In this document: in pieces, positions 16,831-32,065 of the stretch
Layout: the number at the start of each line of letters is the position of its first letter
Position numbering within the stretch: position 1 is the stretch's first letter
Origin: Eledone cirrhosa
Lineage: Eukaryota
Direction of reading: 5' to 3'
Assembly: GCA_964016885.1 (NCBI GenBank)
Contig: OZ024757.1
Location: 29,884,001-29,948,000 of the forward strand
Length of the DNA stretch: 64,000 bases
Position numbers and translations under genes: made by a program
Notes under the pieces: model-generated
Database searches by the model: none
What the model was told of the DNA's origin: nothing
The model's input: the letters and a program-made list of their open reading frames with translations, nothing else

Positions 16831-16864
<34 letters not shown>

Positions 16865-17178
16865 CACATGAGTGTGTCCGTTCATATATATATATAATCA
16901 TACAAACAAAAACATACATATATAGACATATACATATACAAAAACATATATATCTATATATATATATATACATAGAAACAAAAACATACATATAAATACA
17001 TATACATATAGAAAAACATATATATATATATATATATTATGTGCGAAATCTTTGTATTTTATCTTTTGATATTTCTAAGCACTCGTTAAGCTTGTCAAGT
17101 GGAAACCTAATGATGATTATAGGACAGTAAAAGATAAGAAGAAAAAACGATATCAACTATTCATATGATTTCTTATAC

Positions 17179-17221
<43 letters not shown>

Positions 17222-17559
17222 TTATAATAACTGCGCTCTGTGTATCTCTCATTCAGAAGACTGTGTTCAGTTGTATTCGATGCAGGCGATTAAAACAATC
17301 TAATTTGCACAAAATGTAGGCGTATGTATTCTTTATTTGCTGTGCAAACAGAAGCAAACAGTAACAAATACAAGCAATACAAACCACCGTTTTCTTGAAT
17401 AACCAGTTACATTGAAAAATACAACATAAAATGGAAGTTTAAGGGGAATATAAATATCATTGAACAACTGGCATTTTGGTTAATGGCGGTGTCAATTAAG
17501 AAATACGATATATATCGGTATCTATCAATCTCTCTCTCTCTACATATATATACATATAT

Positions 17560-17760
17560 ATACATAGATAAATATATACATGTATATATATATATAAATA
17601 TATACATGCACATTATATATATATAAACATTATATATATATATATACACACATATATATTCATATATATATATATATGCATGCACATTATATATATACAC
17701 ACATTATATATATATATATACACACATATGTATTCATATATATATGTATATGCATGCACA

Positions 17761-17810
<50 letters not shown>

Positions 17811-17848
17811 GTATTCATATATATATACATATATGTATATACATGCAC

Positions 17849-17898
<50 letters not shown>

Positions 17899-18051
17899 TA
17901 CATATTCATATATACATATTTATATATATATATATATACATGCACATTATATATATATACACATACATATTCATATATACATATCCATATATATATATAT
18001 ATACACATACATTATATATATACACATACATTATATATATATACACATACA

Positions 18052-18091
<40 letters not shown>

Positions 18092-18158
18092 CATGCACAT
18101 TATATATATATACACATACATATTCATATATACACACATACATATTCATATATATATA

Positions 18159-18196
<38 letters not shown>

Positions 18197-18520
18197 CATG
18201 CACATTATATATATATACACATATATATTAATATATACTCACATACATATTCATATATATATATACATATATATATATATATGTATATACATGCACATTA
18301 TATATATATACACATATATATTAATATATACTCACATACATATTCATATATATATATACATATATATATATGTATATGTATATGTATATATATATATATG
18401 TATATATATATGTATATACATGCACATTATATATATATACACATATATATTAATATATACTCACATACATATTCATATATATATACATATATATATTAAT
18501 ATATACTCACATACATATTC

Positions 18521-18569
<49 letters not shown>

Positions 18570-18760
18570 CATACATATATATATACATATACATATACAT
18601 ATATATATACATATATATATATACATATATATATACATATATATATATATACATATATATATACATATATATATACATATATATATACATACACATATAT
18701 ATACATATATATATATACATATATATATACATATATATATACATACATATATACATACAC

Positions 18761-18793
<33 letters not shown>

Positions 18794-18952
18794 AGGGGAT
18801 CAGCTTTTTTCATATATATATATACATATATATACACATACATATATATATACATACATATATACATACATATATATACATATACATACATATATACATA
18901 CATATACATACATATATACATATACATACATATATACATATACATACATATA

Positions 18953-18988
<36 letters not shown>

Positions 18989-19004
18989 CATATACATACA
19001 TATA

Positions 19005-19038
<34 letters not shown>

Positions 19039-19048
19039 CATACATATA

Positions 19049-19082
<34 letters not shown>

Positions 19083-19287
19083 CATACATATATACATACA
19101 TATACATACATATATACATATATATATATACATATACATACATATATACATATATATATATACATACATATATATATATATATACATATACATACATATA
19201 TACATATATATATATACATACATATATATATATATATACATATACATACATATATACATATATATATATACATATACATATATATAC

Positions 19288-19319
<32 letters not shown>

Positions 19320-19582
19320 ACATATATATACATATATATATATATACATATACATACATGTATATATACATATCCATACATGTATATATACATATCCATA
19401 CATATATATATACATATACATACATATATATATACATATACATACATATATATATACATATACATACATATATATATACATATACATATACATATATATA
19501 CACATATACATATATATACACATATATACACATATATATACATCTATATACACATATATATACATATATATACATATATACA

Positions 19583-19613
<31 letters not shown>

Positions 19614-19730
19614 ACATACATATATATATACTTATATATATATATACATATATATATACTTATATATATATATACATATATATATACTTATATATATATA
19701 TATATATACTTATATATATATATATATATA

Positions 19731-19816
<86 letters not shown>
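17560..19816. repeat. (TA)/(TACA) compound microsatellite
   Basis: Direct reading. Confidence 0.9.
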
Positions 19817-19819
<3 letters not shown>

Positions 19820-20714
19820 GGATCAGCTTTTTTCATATCATGTACTTGAAATACAAATGTTTATAGCATTATCGTTTTCAAGATCTATTTTCAGAGGTTG
19901 GCATAAATTGTTTATTTGAAACGGAATGTTTTTATAATCTTTCGTCAATGTTTCTTTTACTTTCAGAGTCTCTCATCTTGTGTATGATACGTTTTGTCAT
20001 ATATCTCTTTGCCTCTTTTAATTAGACAGGACCTATGTGTTTGATTTTAACATTACTACAAAACTTTATTCATGACGAGTAGATTTATTTGTCGTATTAC
20101 AGCTTTCTGTGTTTGTTTCTGATTATGTATGCGAGAGGTGTGCAATATATTCCATTGGGGAGCCACTTTTGAACATTAGAACAACTATTTGGGCCATTCA
20201 TATTTATTAAGCACTATTCCAAAGATTCATCACAACTCCTTTCCATAATATGGAACTGGGAAATTATAACACACATAACCCTATTGTGATGTTTGTTCTG
20301 GCTATTTACTCTCTGAGTTCAAATCCCGCCGAGGTCAACTTTGCCTTTCATCCTTATGCAGTCGATAAAATAATGTACCTGTTAAGCACTGGGGTCAATT
20401 TAATCGAATCTCCCCTCCCTTAAATTGCTGGCCTTGTGCCTGAATCAGTAACTATTGATGTTTTCCTGACTAGATTTGTTTTGTGTAGTCTTATGTACTA
20501 CATATTATTTTCACTTGTTATCATAGTGTTGGAGTGTCATACATGCATGACAAATACAACAGTTGGGCTTGTAATCTTTTCAAATATCACATTTGCACCC
20601 AAATTTTAAAATCTCATTGATCAATATTACATTATTTGCTGGCTTACAGGCCTGTGGTTTGTTATTGATAACAATGTTTCAATTTACAGACAGCAACAAT
20701 CAGATAGAATAGAG

Positions 20715-21000
20715 GAAATACGTTACATCCGTCTACACCAAAGACAAATAAATGCCCATATTTACATAGAGATAGCGAAATGTTCACACATATTCAAAGA
20801 GATTTTAGTGGGGGAAATGACTACTAAAAGAGAATTTAGATTCTCTTCATAAACGAAGCACTAGAGAAAAAGATCTACAGAATAAAACAAACACCAATCA
20901 GAAACGAACATTGAAATAAACTAATAGATGAAACCATAGAACAATACAGACGCAAATACATCAGGACACTTCACCTATTAAAAATAGACAAAACACGCAT
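20715..21000 (+). pseudogene. Possible highly decayed Penelope-like RT remnant
   Basis: TSVYTK...YLHRDSE across frames resembles the PLE RT thumb motif; diverged family A ends nearby (21187, 21468, 21677). Confidence 0.3.
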
Positions 21001-21277
21001 AAAATATATACGAATCAAATATCTACATACTAACTCTAGAATACGTAAACACGTTTTCAAAGACTTCATAAAACAAAACATATTACGAATTACAGCAAAC
21101 TAAAACTTCGTTGATATATAATACAAATACCTTCTTATAAGTAACAAACCACAAGCCTGAAATATACTAAGGAATCGAATTATTAATATTGTTATATTTC
21201 GGGAGGGTCATGTTGTTATAATATTTTCAGAAATATACAGTTAAAATATACTCAATGTTTCTAGCAATATTATAACA

Positions 21278-21676
21278 TGGTGGATTGGCAGTATTGGTAG
21301 AGGGTCTGACGCCATGCTTTGCAGCAAAGAGTTACGGCCCTTTGTGGTCCGAGTTCAAATCACGTCGAAGTTAACTTTGCCTTTCATCCTTACGGGGTCG
21401 ATAAAATAAAGCACCAGTAATACACTGGGATAATTGCTGGCCTTGTGCCAAAAGTAGAAACAATTAAAACATGTCCCTCCACAAATATAATTGTTTCTAC
21501 TTTTGGCACAAGACCAGCAATTATCCTCGTGCGTTACTGGTACATTATTTTATCGACTGCATAAGGATGAAAGGCAAAGTTGACCTCGGCGGGATTTGAA
21601 CTCAAACCGTAAAGGGGCGTAACTATGCTGCAAAGCATAGCGTCCGATCCTCTACCGATACTGCCAATCCATCGCC
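21278..21676. mobile_element. Two SINEs tail-to-tail (21278-21466 +, 21489-21676 -)
   Basis: Same family as 2179-2360. Confidence 0.85.
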
Positions 21677-22224
21677 AAATATAATATTTGTTTCAACACA
21701 AGATTTCATACCAAAAACCTTGCAAAACAAAAATAAAATTATTCAGATAACCATCAATTTATCATCTACGCATGCGTGTTTTTTAACTGTATCGAAGATT
21801 GAGACTTGACTAGGTTAAAATCGTGTTATTTTATTTGTAAGATATTCTCAACAGAGAATATAATCTAAAATAGAATTGGTTTTGGTCAATGCTACAGAAT
21901 ATATTGATATAGAATTAATGAACGGATTCTCCTTTGAGATTTGGAAGTTCTTTCAGAGAAAACAACATATATCACGCCTAATGACCACAATGCTCAACTG
22001 ATTAAACATGAGTTTAGACATTTCTTACTTCAGCACCTTATATATGTGACCGTGATTATCCACGGAGTAAGTTCAACCGTACATTGTTCATGTGGATTTA
22101 TTTCATACAACCATATATATTAGAAATATACTGTTCACGGTGGTAATATTCATGAATTTATATAGGGTTTTTGTCAGAATTGTTACAGTCCTGGGGAAGA
22201 TGTCATTTTAACATGTCCGGTTAT

Positions 22225-23295
22225 TTACATTCTGACTTCAAATCCCGCAGAAGTCAACTTTGTTTTTCCTCCTCCTAAAGTCAATAAAATAAAGACCAAT
22301 GAGGTATTGGGGTTGATTTAATCAACTTTGTCTTTCCGACAAAATCGCTGTTCTTGTGCCTAAATTAGAAATCATTAATTTGTTTTAATGAGGGCGGTGG
22401 ATTGGCAGTATCGGTAGAGGGTCGGACGCCATGCTTTCCAGTATAGTTACGTCCCTTTACGATCTGAGTTCAAATCCCGCCGAGGTTGACTTTGCCTTTC
22501 ATCCTTAAGGGGTCGATAAAATAAAGTACCAGTAATGCACTGGGTAATTGCTGGTCTTGTGCCTAAAGTAGAAACAATTAATTTGTTTTAAAGAGTAAGC
22601 AGTGTTCTTTGATTAAATTTCGGTTGCAAATTCTAGCAAGTGCAAACTCGGAGGGATTCTCAATGATGAGAAGGGTTATAATAACGATGATGATGAGGAG
22701 GGGGAGGAGGATAATGACGATGATGAAAAGGATAATACTGAGAACGGGGGGGGTGATAATGATGTTGATTTTGTTGTAAGTCTCTTTCTTCCAAATTTGC
22801 TGGCCTTATACCCTGAATCAAAAGGCGTTGAATTGGCAAAGTCGTTAGAACGTTAGATAGAATGCTTTATGGAATTCCAGCCGAGGTCAACTTTGCTTTC
22901 ATCCTTTCGAGATCGATAAAAAAAAGTACCAGTCTAGTACTGGGTCGATTTTTCCTCTATATTTCTTTGACATTTCCTCTCTCTCACTTTCTATCTTTCT
23001 CTGGAAGAAATCTGTAGTACTCAGGCCTAGAGAGGGATGGGCTCCGATAGGCTTAAAATACCCAAGAAACGTTGGTCAAATTTGCCTTTCATCCTTTCGA
23101 GGTCGATAAAAAAAGTACCAGTCTAGTACTGGGGTCGGTTCTTCCTCTATATCTCTTTCTCTCTCTATATATATATATATATATATCTTTCTCTGGAAAA
23201 AATCTGCCGTATTCAGACCTGGAGAGGGATGGGCTCCACCAGACACCATATATCAATATGACGCCCATACGACTCTCTCAGGAATTACGGGCCCA
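22225..23295 (+). mobile_element. SINE cluster (22225-22377, 22391-22580, long-tail subfamily 22823-23070 and 23073-23295)
   Basis: Shared core; the long tail also occurs at 44613-44790 and 44982-45072 on the minus strand. Confidence 0.8.
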
Positions 23296-23619
23296 TGCAT
23301 GAATGCATACCCTAAATTAGAAATTAATATTAAGGAATATATCAATAAAGATACGAACCAAATCGAAACTGTAACGCTAGGTCTATATTGACAGAGAGAT
23401 AATTGTTGCAATCCTAACAACGGAAACATCAGAACATTCGAAGTAATAAATGTGACGACGCCAATATCAATGTGAGCTGTCATCGGGAGAAAACAGTATT
23501 AGATTTTAGAGTTATTAAAAGATTTGGAAAATTTCAATTTGAAGAATTCCTGCTGTTACCAACACGAATGAAATGAAAGGCAGAAGGTGTGTGTGATAAA
23601 GAGGGAAGGTGTGGGTTAA

Positions 23620-24185
23620 AGAGAGAGATTGAGAGACTGTGACGAAGATACAGACCGAGAGATATAGAAAGAGAGTAGGTGAGACGATGAGATAGAGGGG
23701 GTGAGAGAGACAGAGAGATAGAGAGAGAGAGAACGAGATGAGGGGGGGAGGGAGAAGATGAAAGATAGAGGAGGATGAGAGACAGAGAGATAGATAGAGA
23801 GAGAGGATGAGAGACAGAGAGATAGATAGAGAGAGAGAGAGAAGATGAGCGACAGAGAAAGAGACAGAAGCAGAGAGACAGAGCGATAGGGAAAAGGGAG
23901 AAGATGAGAGAGAGACAGAGAGGTAGAGAAAGAGGAGAGAGAGAGACAGAGAGGTAGAGAAAGAGAGAGATGTAGGGAGAGAGGAGAGAGAGAGACAGAG
24001 AGGTAGAGAAAGAGAGATGTGTAGGGAGATAGGGGAGATGGAGATAGGGGAGAGAGAGAGATGTGTAGGGAGATGTGTAGGGAGAGAGATAGAGATACGT
24101 AGGGAGATAGGGGAGAGAGATAGATACGTAGGGAGATAAGGGAGAGAGAGAGATGTATAGGGAGAGAGAGGGAAGAGAGCCAGAT
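23620..24185. repeat. GA-rich polypurine low-complexity tract
   Basis: Direct reading. Confidence 0.9.
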
Positions 24186-25459
24186 AGACTAAGTATGCGA
24201 TAGATTAAATAAATGACACAACAATCTGCATCAATATTTGTTTGAAAGATGCTTTAAATAATTATATCTGTCATTCAAAATTGCAACAGTTGTTTACTCT
24301 GGTCACACTAAATGTGCTGTGTACGCAATTAAAACCTCTACAACAATAACAACAATAACAACAAACAATAATAGGTGGAGTTAAATTTCTAACGAAACGA
24401 AACGAAACACTATATGTACACAGCAAAGAATTGATGTCATGCAACTAACAACATGAACTGCATAGATGCCGTGTGCAGCTTCGTATAATGCAGTGATTGT
24501 ACAAAATTGAATGCCTTTTAATTGTCACTATTGTCTGGGGGCATAAAAAAGTTTAAGTGCGTAGCTTGCTGAGATAAATGTATTGTATATTGTGCATGCA
24601 TTCAATACCAAACAAGACAGAACATTTAGATATACTACAATTTATCATTATAGAAAGATCTTAGTTGTTTGTTATGATTGATCTTTTGTGGATATTATTT
24701 GTTTTAATATTGTGGTTTCCATATATTTAATAATATGTTATTTAACAAATTTTTCCGTTATGTTTTATTTAACATTCTGTGATGATGTAAACATCGTAAA
24801 CTTTGAAGTAAGTTCCGTGTGTACGTTGGCTGCCAAGATGTATGCTTTTTAGAATAGAAAATAACTGCAAAAACATCAATTACATGCTATAAACTTCTAT
24901 CCCGTCAACATTTTAAATCTCTCTCTCTCTCTCTCACTCCATATGTCAGGTTACGTCAGGTCGCTTTCGAGTGCTACTGGTAACATGTAACCCAGTACAA
25001 CCTGTCTCATGGTCGGATCGTCGGCGACTAAAGCAGCAATCCCACCAAGCTTCCTTGGTGAGGATGGTAATATTTGGACACCCTGCAGGATGAAATACAA
25101 AGGGCGGAGGAACTCAGCAGCGTCAACGGCCAACCAAATAGTATTTTTTTTTCACCCGGGGGTGAAAGGCCCTTGTTTGTTGTCACAACACCATTCTAAG
25201 AGAAGGTAACTGAAAAAAAAACCTGCGAGTGCAAGGCCTTTCTCAACCTAGAAAGTCTTCAAAACACAGTCATTGGTTGTCCAGGATATGTTACAGGTTT
25301 GTGTGACTGGCCGTAGCCTAAAAGTGCACCAAACTCTGTAATCTGATAAGCGATTGTAGTACTATTAGAAAGGAGTTTGCAGTCATCATATATATAAGGT
25401 AAACAGAAATAACAAAACAAACGGCACAGTACATGGAAGGAATATATATATATATATAT

Positions 25460-25816
25460 ATTTCGTTTCTGAATTTGTTTAGCAAGATTCTTTATCTGAA
25501 AACGTGTGTTGAAACCGATATTGTTATATTTTGGGAGGGTCATGTTGCCAATAAGAAACACACGCAAAAACAAGATGGCGTAGGACAGAACAAAGGAGAG
25601 CCACAAAAACAAAGAAAAGAATCCCCAGTCACTGAAGAGGTCACAGAATGTGTGACGAAAGAACTTTGACAATATATAAACAATCATCTAGTTGTGGAAC
25701 CAACCAACCAACCGGAAATTTATAAATTCCTAAATTTATAAATTTATTATAATAAATTGAAGTGAAAGCTACTGGTGCGCGTGTTTCTTATTGGCAACAT
25801 GACCCTCCCAAAGTAT

Positions 25817-25822
<6 letters not shown>
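25460..25822 (+). mobile_element. Family A double-ended insertion, hammerhead 25627-25671
   Basis: Inverted true 3' end 25460-25565 plus a forward part ending at internal ...gtataacaat. Confidence 0.8.
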
Positions 25823-25867
<45 letters not shown>

Positions 25868-27197
25868 CAGAAACGAGAGGTCAGTTTAACATGTTTAGTT
25901 GAACCGTACTGTTACATAATGTCACGTAACCGAGAACAGTTTTAAACTTCATCACTGATGAAGCGTGCGTAACGGAATAAACATGTGTTCAACTGATCTC
26001 TCTCTTCTGGTTTCTGATACTTTGTGATCCTACATAATACCTGGTAGTAGTCATCTGTGGTTCTTACCTTACAGAGGAATCGGATAATCGTTCTCAATCA
26101 CTTTAGGTACTGAACGTGGCGTATGCCTGCATTAACTGTATTCCAATAAACTGCTACATATATACATATATTTAAGCTGCCTATCTGACCAGTGACAATT
26201 TGCATATTGTATCTTCGTCTCAAATCAAAAGAAACGCAGTGTTTGCAGCTCTCTAGATATCAACTACTCCCATTCTGTATCCAATCTTGGATCTCTACAC
26301 ACAATATAATTATATTTTCCAAATATATTCACTTTGTATCTATTAGATTCACATGAACATTATCTGATACTATAGTTAGACGACGTGTAATTACCACTGT
26401 CTCCAGCTTGAACTAATCACATTTCCCCTTAACAGGTTCCTTTCGTTAAATAAAACAAGCCAAGCAGACAAACCTCCTGATAATCTTGCAAATATAGAAG
26501 AAAAATGTTTTTTTTATGTTGATGCCAAATATGAACAAAATATATATCGCAAATTCAACGATTTTAGAAAGGGTAATTTAACATGAAAACATCCTATAAT
26601 CTTCCCAAACTTCCTATTTAATGTGGAATAAGAACGCAGCTAAAAGAAATGGTAGTATTTAGTAACAAACGGAGTAGGCAAAAGGTGAGACGACGATGAA
26701 GCCGGAAAAATAAATACCAGAATTATTGACAAAATTATTTTTAAGTGCGATGACCAAAAATAGTATAGGATGAACTAAAACTATAGCATTTCTTTGGTTT
26801 TTATGATTTTTCTTCTTCCGATAATATTCTACTTGTACGTTTATGTTTATAGGTTTTTTATTCATTGGTTTGAATTCGATTAAATATAACACAACAGCTG
26901 AAACATCCGTTGCTAAATACCAAGCCATTTCCTCTTGTAAATACCATTTAGACTCTGAAATATTGCCCGCACACGTATTAGCGCCATCTGCCGACAGAGA
27001 TACGCAGTTATAGTCATAAACATGTGGTTCAATTATACGCTCGGTACAAAAAAACATACACATGCATATGTATAATTATATATACGAGTATACACATATG
27101 CATACACGCATATATGTGTATATAATTATATATAGAGGTATATGCATGCATATATATACAATATATATATATATATATATATAAATATATATAAAAA

Positions 27198-27238
<41 letters not shown>

Positions 27239-27280
27239 TATACAATATATAAATAAAATATATATATATATATATATATA

Positions 27281-27690
27281 TCCGATTTCCACACCGATCT
27301 CAAGCCGCGGCACGCCGCCCAGGCCTTGCTCTTCCTCTCAACCACATCATCTTCCGTATTCCCAATCTTTGCTCCCAATACAGGAAGCCCTCAACCAATT
27401 CTAGCGGCTTCCGGCCTACATTAGTGATCCCCTATGGCTTCTCAACATTCTCTACCAGATATTTTGTTTTAGTTTCATTCATTCTCAGCCCCACACTCAT
27501 CGACACAGTCTCAACCTCCCGCATCAAATCCTCTGCCTCCTTCACTGTATTTGTCACCAAAACTATGTCGTCGGCAAATTCAGCATCCGATACCTTTTTC
27601 GCCCTAACTCTCCTGCTCTGAGCCGGTGCTACAGTAAAGCCAGAGTCCTGGTGTTTCTCCAGTGCAAGGCGCATACAATAGTCCACTACA
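27281..27690 (-). pseudogene. RTE-clade RT fragment (inverted 5' part)
   Basis: DAEFADDIVL...GLRMNETKTKYL...KAWAACRGLRSVWKSD, with a stop and a frameshift. Confidence 0.85.
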
Positions 27691-27855
27691 TGGACGCACT
27701 AGAAGAGGAAGACCAAGGTTAACGTATGTTGATGCCCTAAGGACAGACACTGGTATGTTGGATACGCAGGACATGGCAACGATAATGAGGGACAGAGACC
27801 GCTGGAGAGAACTCGTCCATGGATCTCGGGAATTTTACCCGCCTTAGATAGATAT
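27683..27855 (+). mobile_element. RTE-clade LINE 3' end with (TAGA)n tail
   Basis: [24 protein letters not shown]...DRDRWR; homologous to 62093-62400. Confidence 0.85.
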
Positions 27856-28602
27856 ATATATATATGTATATATCTATATACATATAAATATCAATATATA
27901 CATATATATAAATATCAATATATATATATATACATACATATTAATATACATATATATATATTTATATCTGTATACGTATATAAATATATATATATATAAT
28001 TTTTATATATACATACAAACATATATCATCGCTCAATTATGATGGACAGAATCATGTTACATACAATATCTACTCTCAATCCACTCTCATGCAGTGTAAA
28101 GAAGCTGTATAATGTAATGCTAGGCTATAAGAGAAGAAAGAGAGAGAAAGAAAGAGCGAAAGAAAGAAACAAACAAACAAACAAATATACAAACGAATAA
28201 AAAACAAAGAAATAAACAAAGAAAGAATGGGAGAAAGAAAGAAACATTGAGAGTAAGAAAGAAACAAACAAACAGACAAACAAACAAAAGAAAGAAAGAA
28301 GGAAAGAGGAATATAAACGTAAAACACTCATGGCGATGAAGTTACTTTCTGAAAATCGCTAACTCTTGAGAAACAAAATGGAGGAAAGAAAAAGAAAACG
28401 CCATCTATAAATTCCTATATTGTAGAATAAAGAAATTGGAAATAAGTAAAACGAAAAATTTAATTAAGTGAATGACAAGTCTTTATGTTTGTGTGAATCT
28501 TATACTACAAAGAGCAATGTCGTAGAGCAAGAGGGAAATGGCAAAAACACATGATGACAACTCTGAGACTTGTATTCATTTCCTCCCATCTGCAAGCACT
28601 GT

Positions 28603-28634
<32 letters not shown>

Positions 28635-28649
28635 ATATATGTGTATGTA

Positions 28650-28700
<51 letters not shown>

Positions 28701-28761
28701 ATATATATGTATATGTGTGTGTATATATGTATATATATATATATGTGTGTGTGTATATATG

Positions 28762-28814
<53 letters not shown>

Positions 28815-28966
28815 GTGTGTGTATATATGCGTATATATATATATATTTATATGTGTGTGTATGTGTGTAGGTGTGTATGTGTGTGTGTGTATATGTGTCG
28901 CTTTTCTATGGATTCCATATAACAACAGGAAATCTAACTTCTAGCCGTGAAGGTCGTGCCGTTAAG

Positions 28967-29008
<42 letters not shown>

Positions 29009-29776
29009 ATGTATGTATTATGTATATGGTGTACTTTCCATCTTGAAATGTTTAATAAATACCTTCATAACTCTTAAGCTTAGAGAATTATTATGAAAAA
29101 CCATGGTTACTTTATATAAACATCTAGTAGTGACGATCTTACAATTACGATAACAAAATTCAATTATGTTCAGTTTTCCATTGAGCGGGCTCTATCGCTT
29201 TCAAAACGCATTTTCTAGTCTGTTTTGTGTGTATATCCTTCACTCTATTCCCCTTTATGTATATTAATGTCACATAATTTTAACACTTCTTCAGTATACT
29301 GAACATTCACAAATAAAATGCAAGCTGTGTATTTGTTTCTATTAACAAATTACAACAATATCTGTGGCATTTATATAAAGTTATAGTGGAAGATGTATTA
29401 ACAAATATGTGTATTAACTTTGGTGTCCTTACACTGACAGAATCCTCTCTACGTATAGAATATATTATACGTGGTATGTGGATTTATAAAATATTCTGTT
29501 TGTTGTCCGTAAAATTTAATCGTCGTGCAACAGAAACAATTGTTAAAATAGCAATGCTAGTACATATTTAGAAGACTTCTGTAAGCATATAGATATTTCC
29601 TCCGCTTATGAGAATGTGTTAGCTATCGAAACAAAGCGTTGTAGATTTGAGGACAATTGGTATTTTAAAATCTATTTTTATTGTATTTTGCGTGTATGAT
29701 ATTACATACGTTTTAGATTACACTACAGACACACTGTTTCTATCTATCACTCTCTCGCTCTCTCTCTCATATATAT

Positions 29777-29972
29777 AGGAAAAAGTATGACCCCGACGGC
29801 AGAGCTCAAGCCGTTTCGACGGCTATTTCTGGACTCAGAAATAGCCGTCGAAACGGCTTGAGCTCTGCCGTCGGGGTCATACTTTTTTTTCCTATTTCCC
29901 ACTCTACTACCCTAACTATTGAGTACTCTGGTGCGTTATGGTCCATCTGGTTCCTTACCACAATTTCTTCGG
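29777..29972 (+). mobile_element. Family C fold-back insertion
   Basis: Palindrome ~29780-29888. Confidence 0.7.
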
Positions 29973-30254
29973 TATATATATATATATGTGTGTGTGTGTG
30001 TATGTGTGTGTGTGTGTGTGTGCACGTATATGGAATATATATGCATTTTTACAACTAAATCTGCCATGTCAGGACGGCATGTGCTACGTTACAGGATATA
30101 CAACAATATGTACTATGAGTAGACTGCATAAAACTAGTTTTTTTAAAAAGAGCTACATGTGAAAATTAGAAGATATATTGAGATGAAAAATAATACAGCA
30201 AAACACTGGGGATGTGAAGGTTATTTTCTGGAATAAGGAATTACTGCAGTGTCA

Positions 30255-30383
30255 AGAAGAAGAAGAAGAAGAAGAAGAAGAAGAAGAAGAAGAAGAAGAA
30301 GAAGAAGAAGAAGAAGAAGAAGAAGAAGAAGAAGAAGAAGAAGAAGAAGAAGAAGAAGAAGAAGAAGAAGAAGAAGAAGAAGA
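30255..30383. repeat. (GAA)n triplet tract
   Basis: Pure run of about 43 units. Confidence 0.95.
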
Positions 30384-30682
30384 AAATCCTATGTAAGCAA
30401 ATTCGTTGAGATAAGGTTATGGGAGATGGTGAAAAGAAAGAAAATTAATGAAGACAGAGTCAGGGTTTAATGTAAAGCTGAACAAATGTGTTAAGTAAAT
30501 AAAGTGATTTAATAAAGACTTAGAGCGAGTGATAAATGTCAAGGAGACATGATTAAATGTGGTGAACCCATCAGTGCAGGTCAGAAAATAGGCTTGCATT
30601 TTAAGTTGTGTACAAATATATATATGTATATATATATGTGTGTGTGTATATGTGTGTGTGTTTGTGTGTGCATGACTGTATT

Positions 30683-30716
<34 letters not shown>

Positions 30717-31562
30717 ATATACATAGCTATATATACATATATACATACCTATATATATACATGCCTATATATACATATATACATGCCTATATATATATAT
30801 ATACATATATACATGCCTATATATATATATACATAGCTATATATACATATATACATACCTATATATATACATGCCTATATATACATATATACATGCCTAT
30901 ATATATATATATACATATATACATGCCTATATATATATATATATACATATATACATGCCTATATATTTATATACATATATATACATATATACATACCTAT
31001 ATATATATACATATATACATACCTATATATATATATACATATATATACATACCTATATATATATATACATATATATACATACCTATATATATATACATAT
31101 ATACATACCTATATATATATACATATATATATACATACCTATATATATATATACATATATATATACATACCTATATATATATATACATACCTATATACAT
31201 ACCTATATATATATATATACATACCTATATATATATACACACCTATATATATATACACACCTATATATATATACACACCTATATATATATACATACCTAT
31301 ATATATATATACATATATATATACATACATATATATATACATACATATATATATACCTATATATATACATACATATATATATACCTATATATATACATAT
31401 ATATATAGACCTATATATATATACATACATATACATATATATATATATACATATACATACCAATATATATATACATATATATACATATACATATACATAC
31501 CAATATATATATACATATATATACATACATACATATATATATACATATATATACATACATAC

Positions 31563-31595
<33 letters not shown>

Positions 31596-31634
31596 CATAC
31601 ATACATACATATATACATATATATACATACATAC

Positions 31635-31667
<33 letters not shown>

Positions 31668-31676
31668 CATACATAC

Positions 31677-31709
<33 letters not shown>

Positions 31710-31740
31710 CATACATACATATATATATACATATATATAT

Positions 31741-31779
<39 letters not shown>

Positions 31780-32022
31780 CATATATACATATATATATAT
31801 ACATATATATATATATACATATATATATATACATATATATATATACATATATATATATACATATATATATATACATATATATATATACATATATATATAC
31901 ATATATATATATACATATATATACATACATATATATATACATATATATATATACATATATATACATACATATATATATACATATATATATATACATATAT
32001 ATATATACATATATATATATAC

Positions 32023-32057
<35 letters not shown>

Positions 32058-32065
32058 CATATATA

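Noticed and set aside
22391-22480. tRNA genes
   Set aside because: A/B boxes belong to SINE heads that continue into core and tail; no complete cloverleaf
25950-26000. CTGATGA as a hammerhead
   Set aside because: GAAA and stem II not recoverable; at most a decayed relic
30214-30470. Poly-E and poly-R ORFs
   Set aside because: (GAA)n tract
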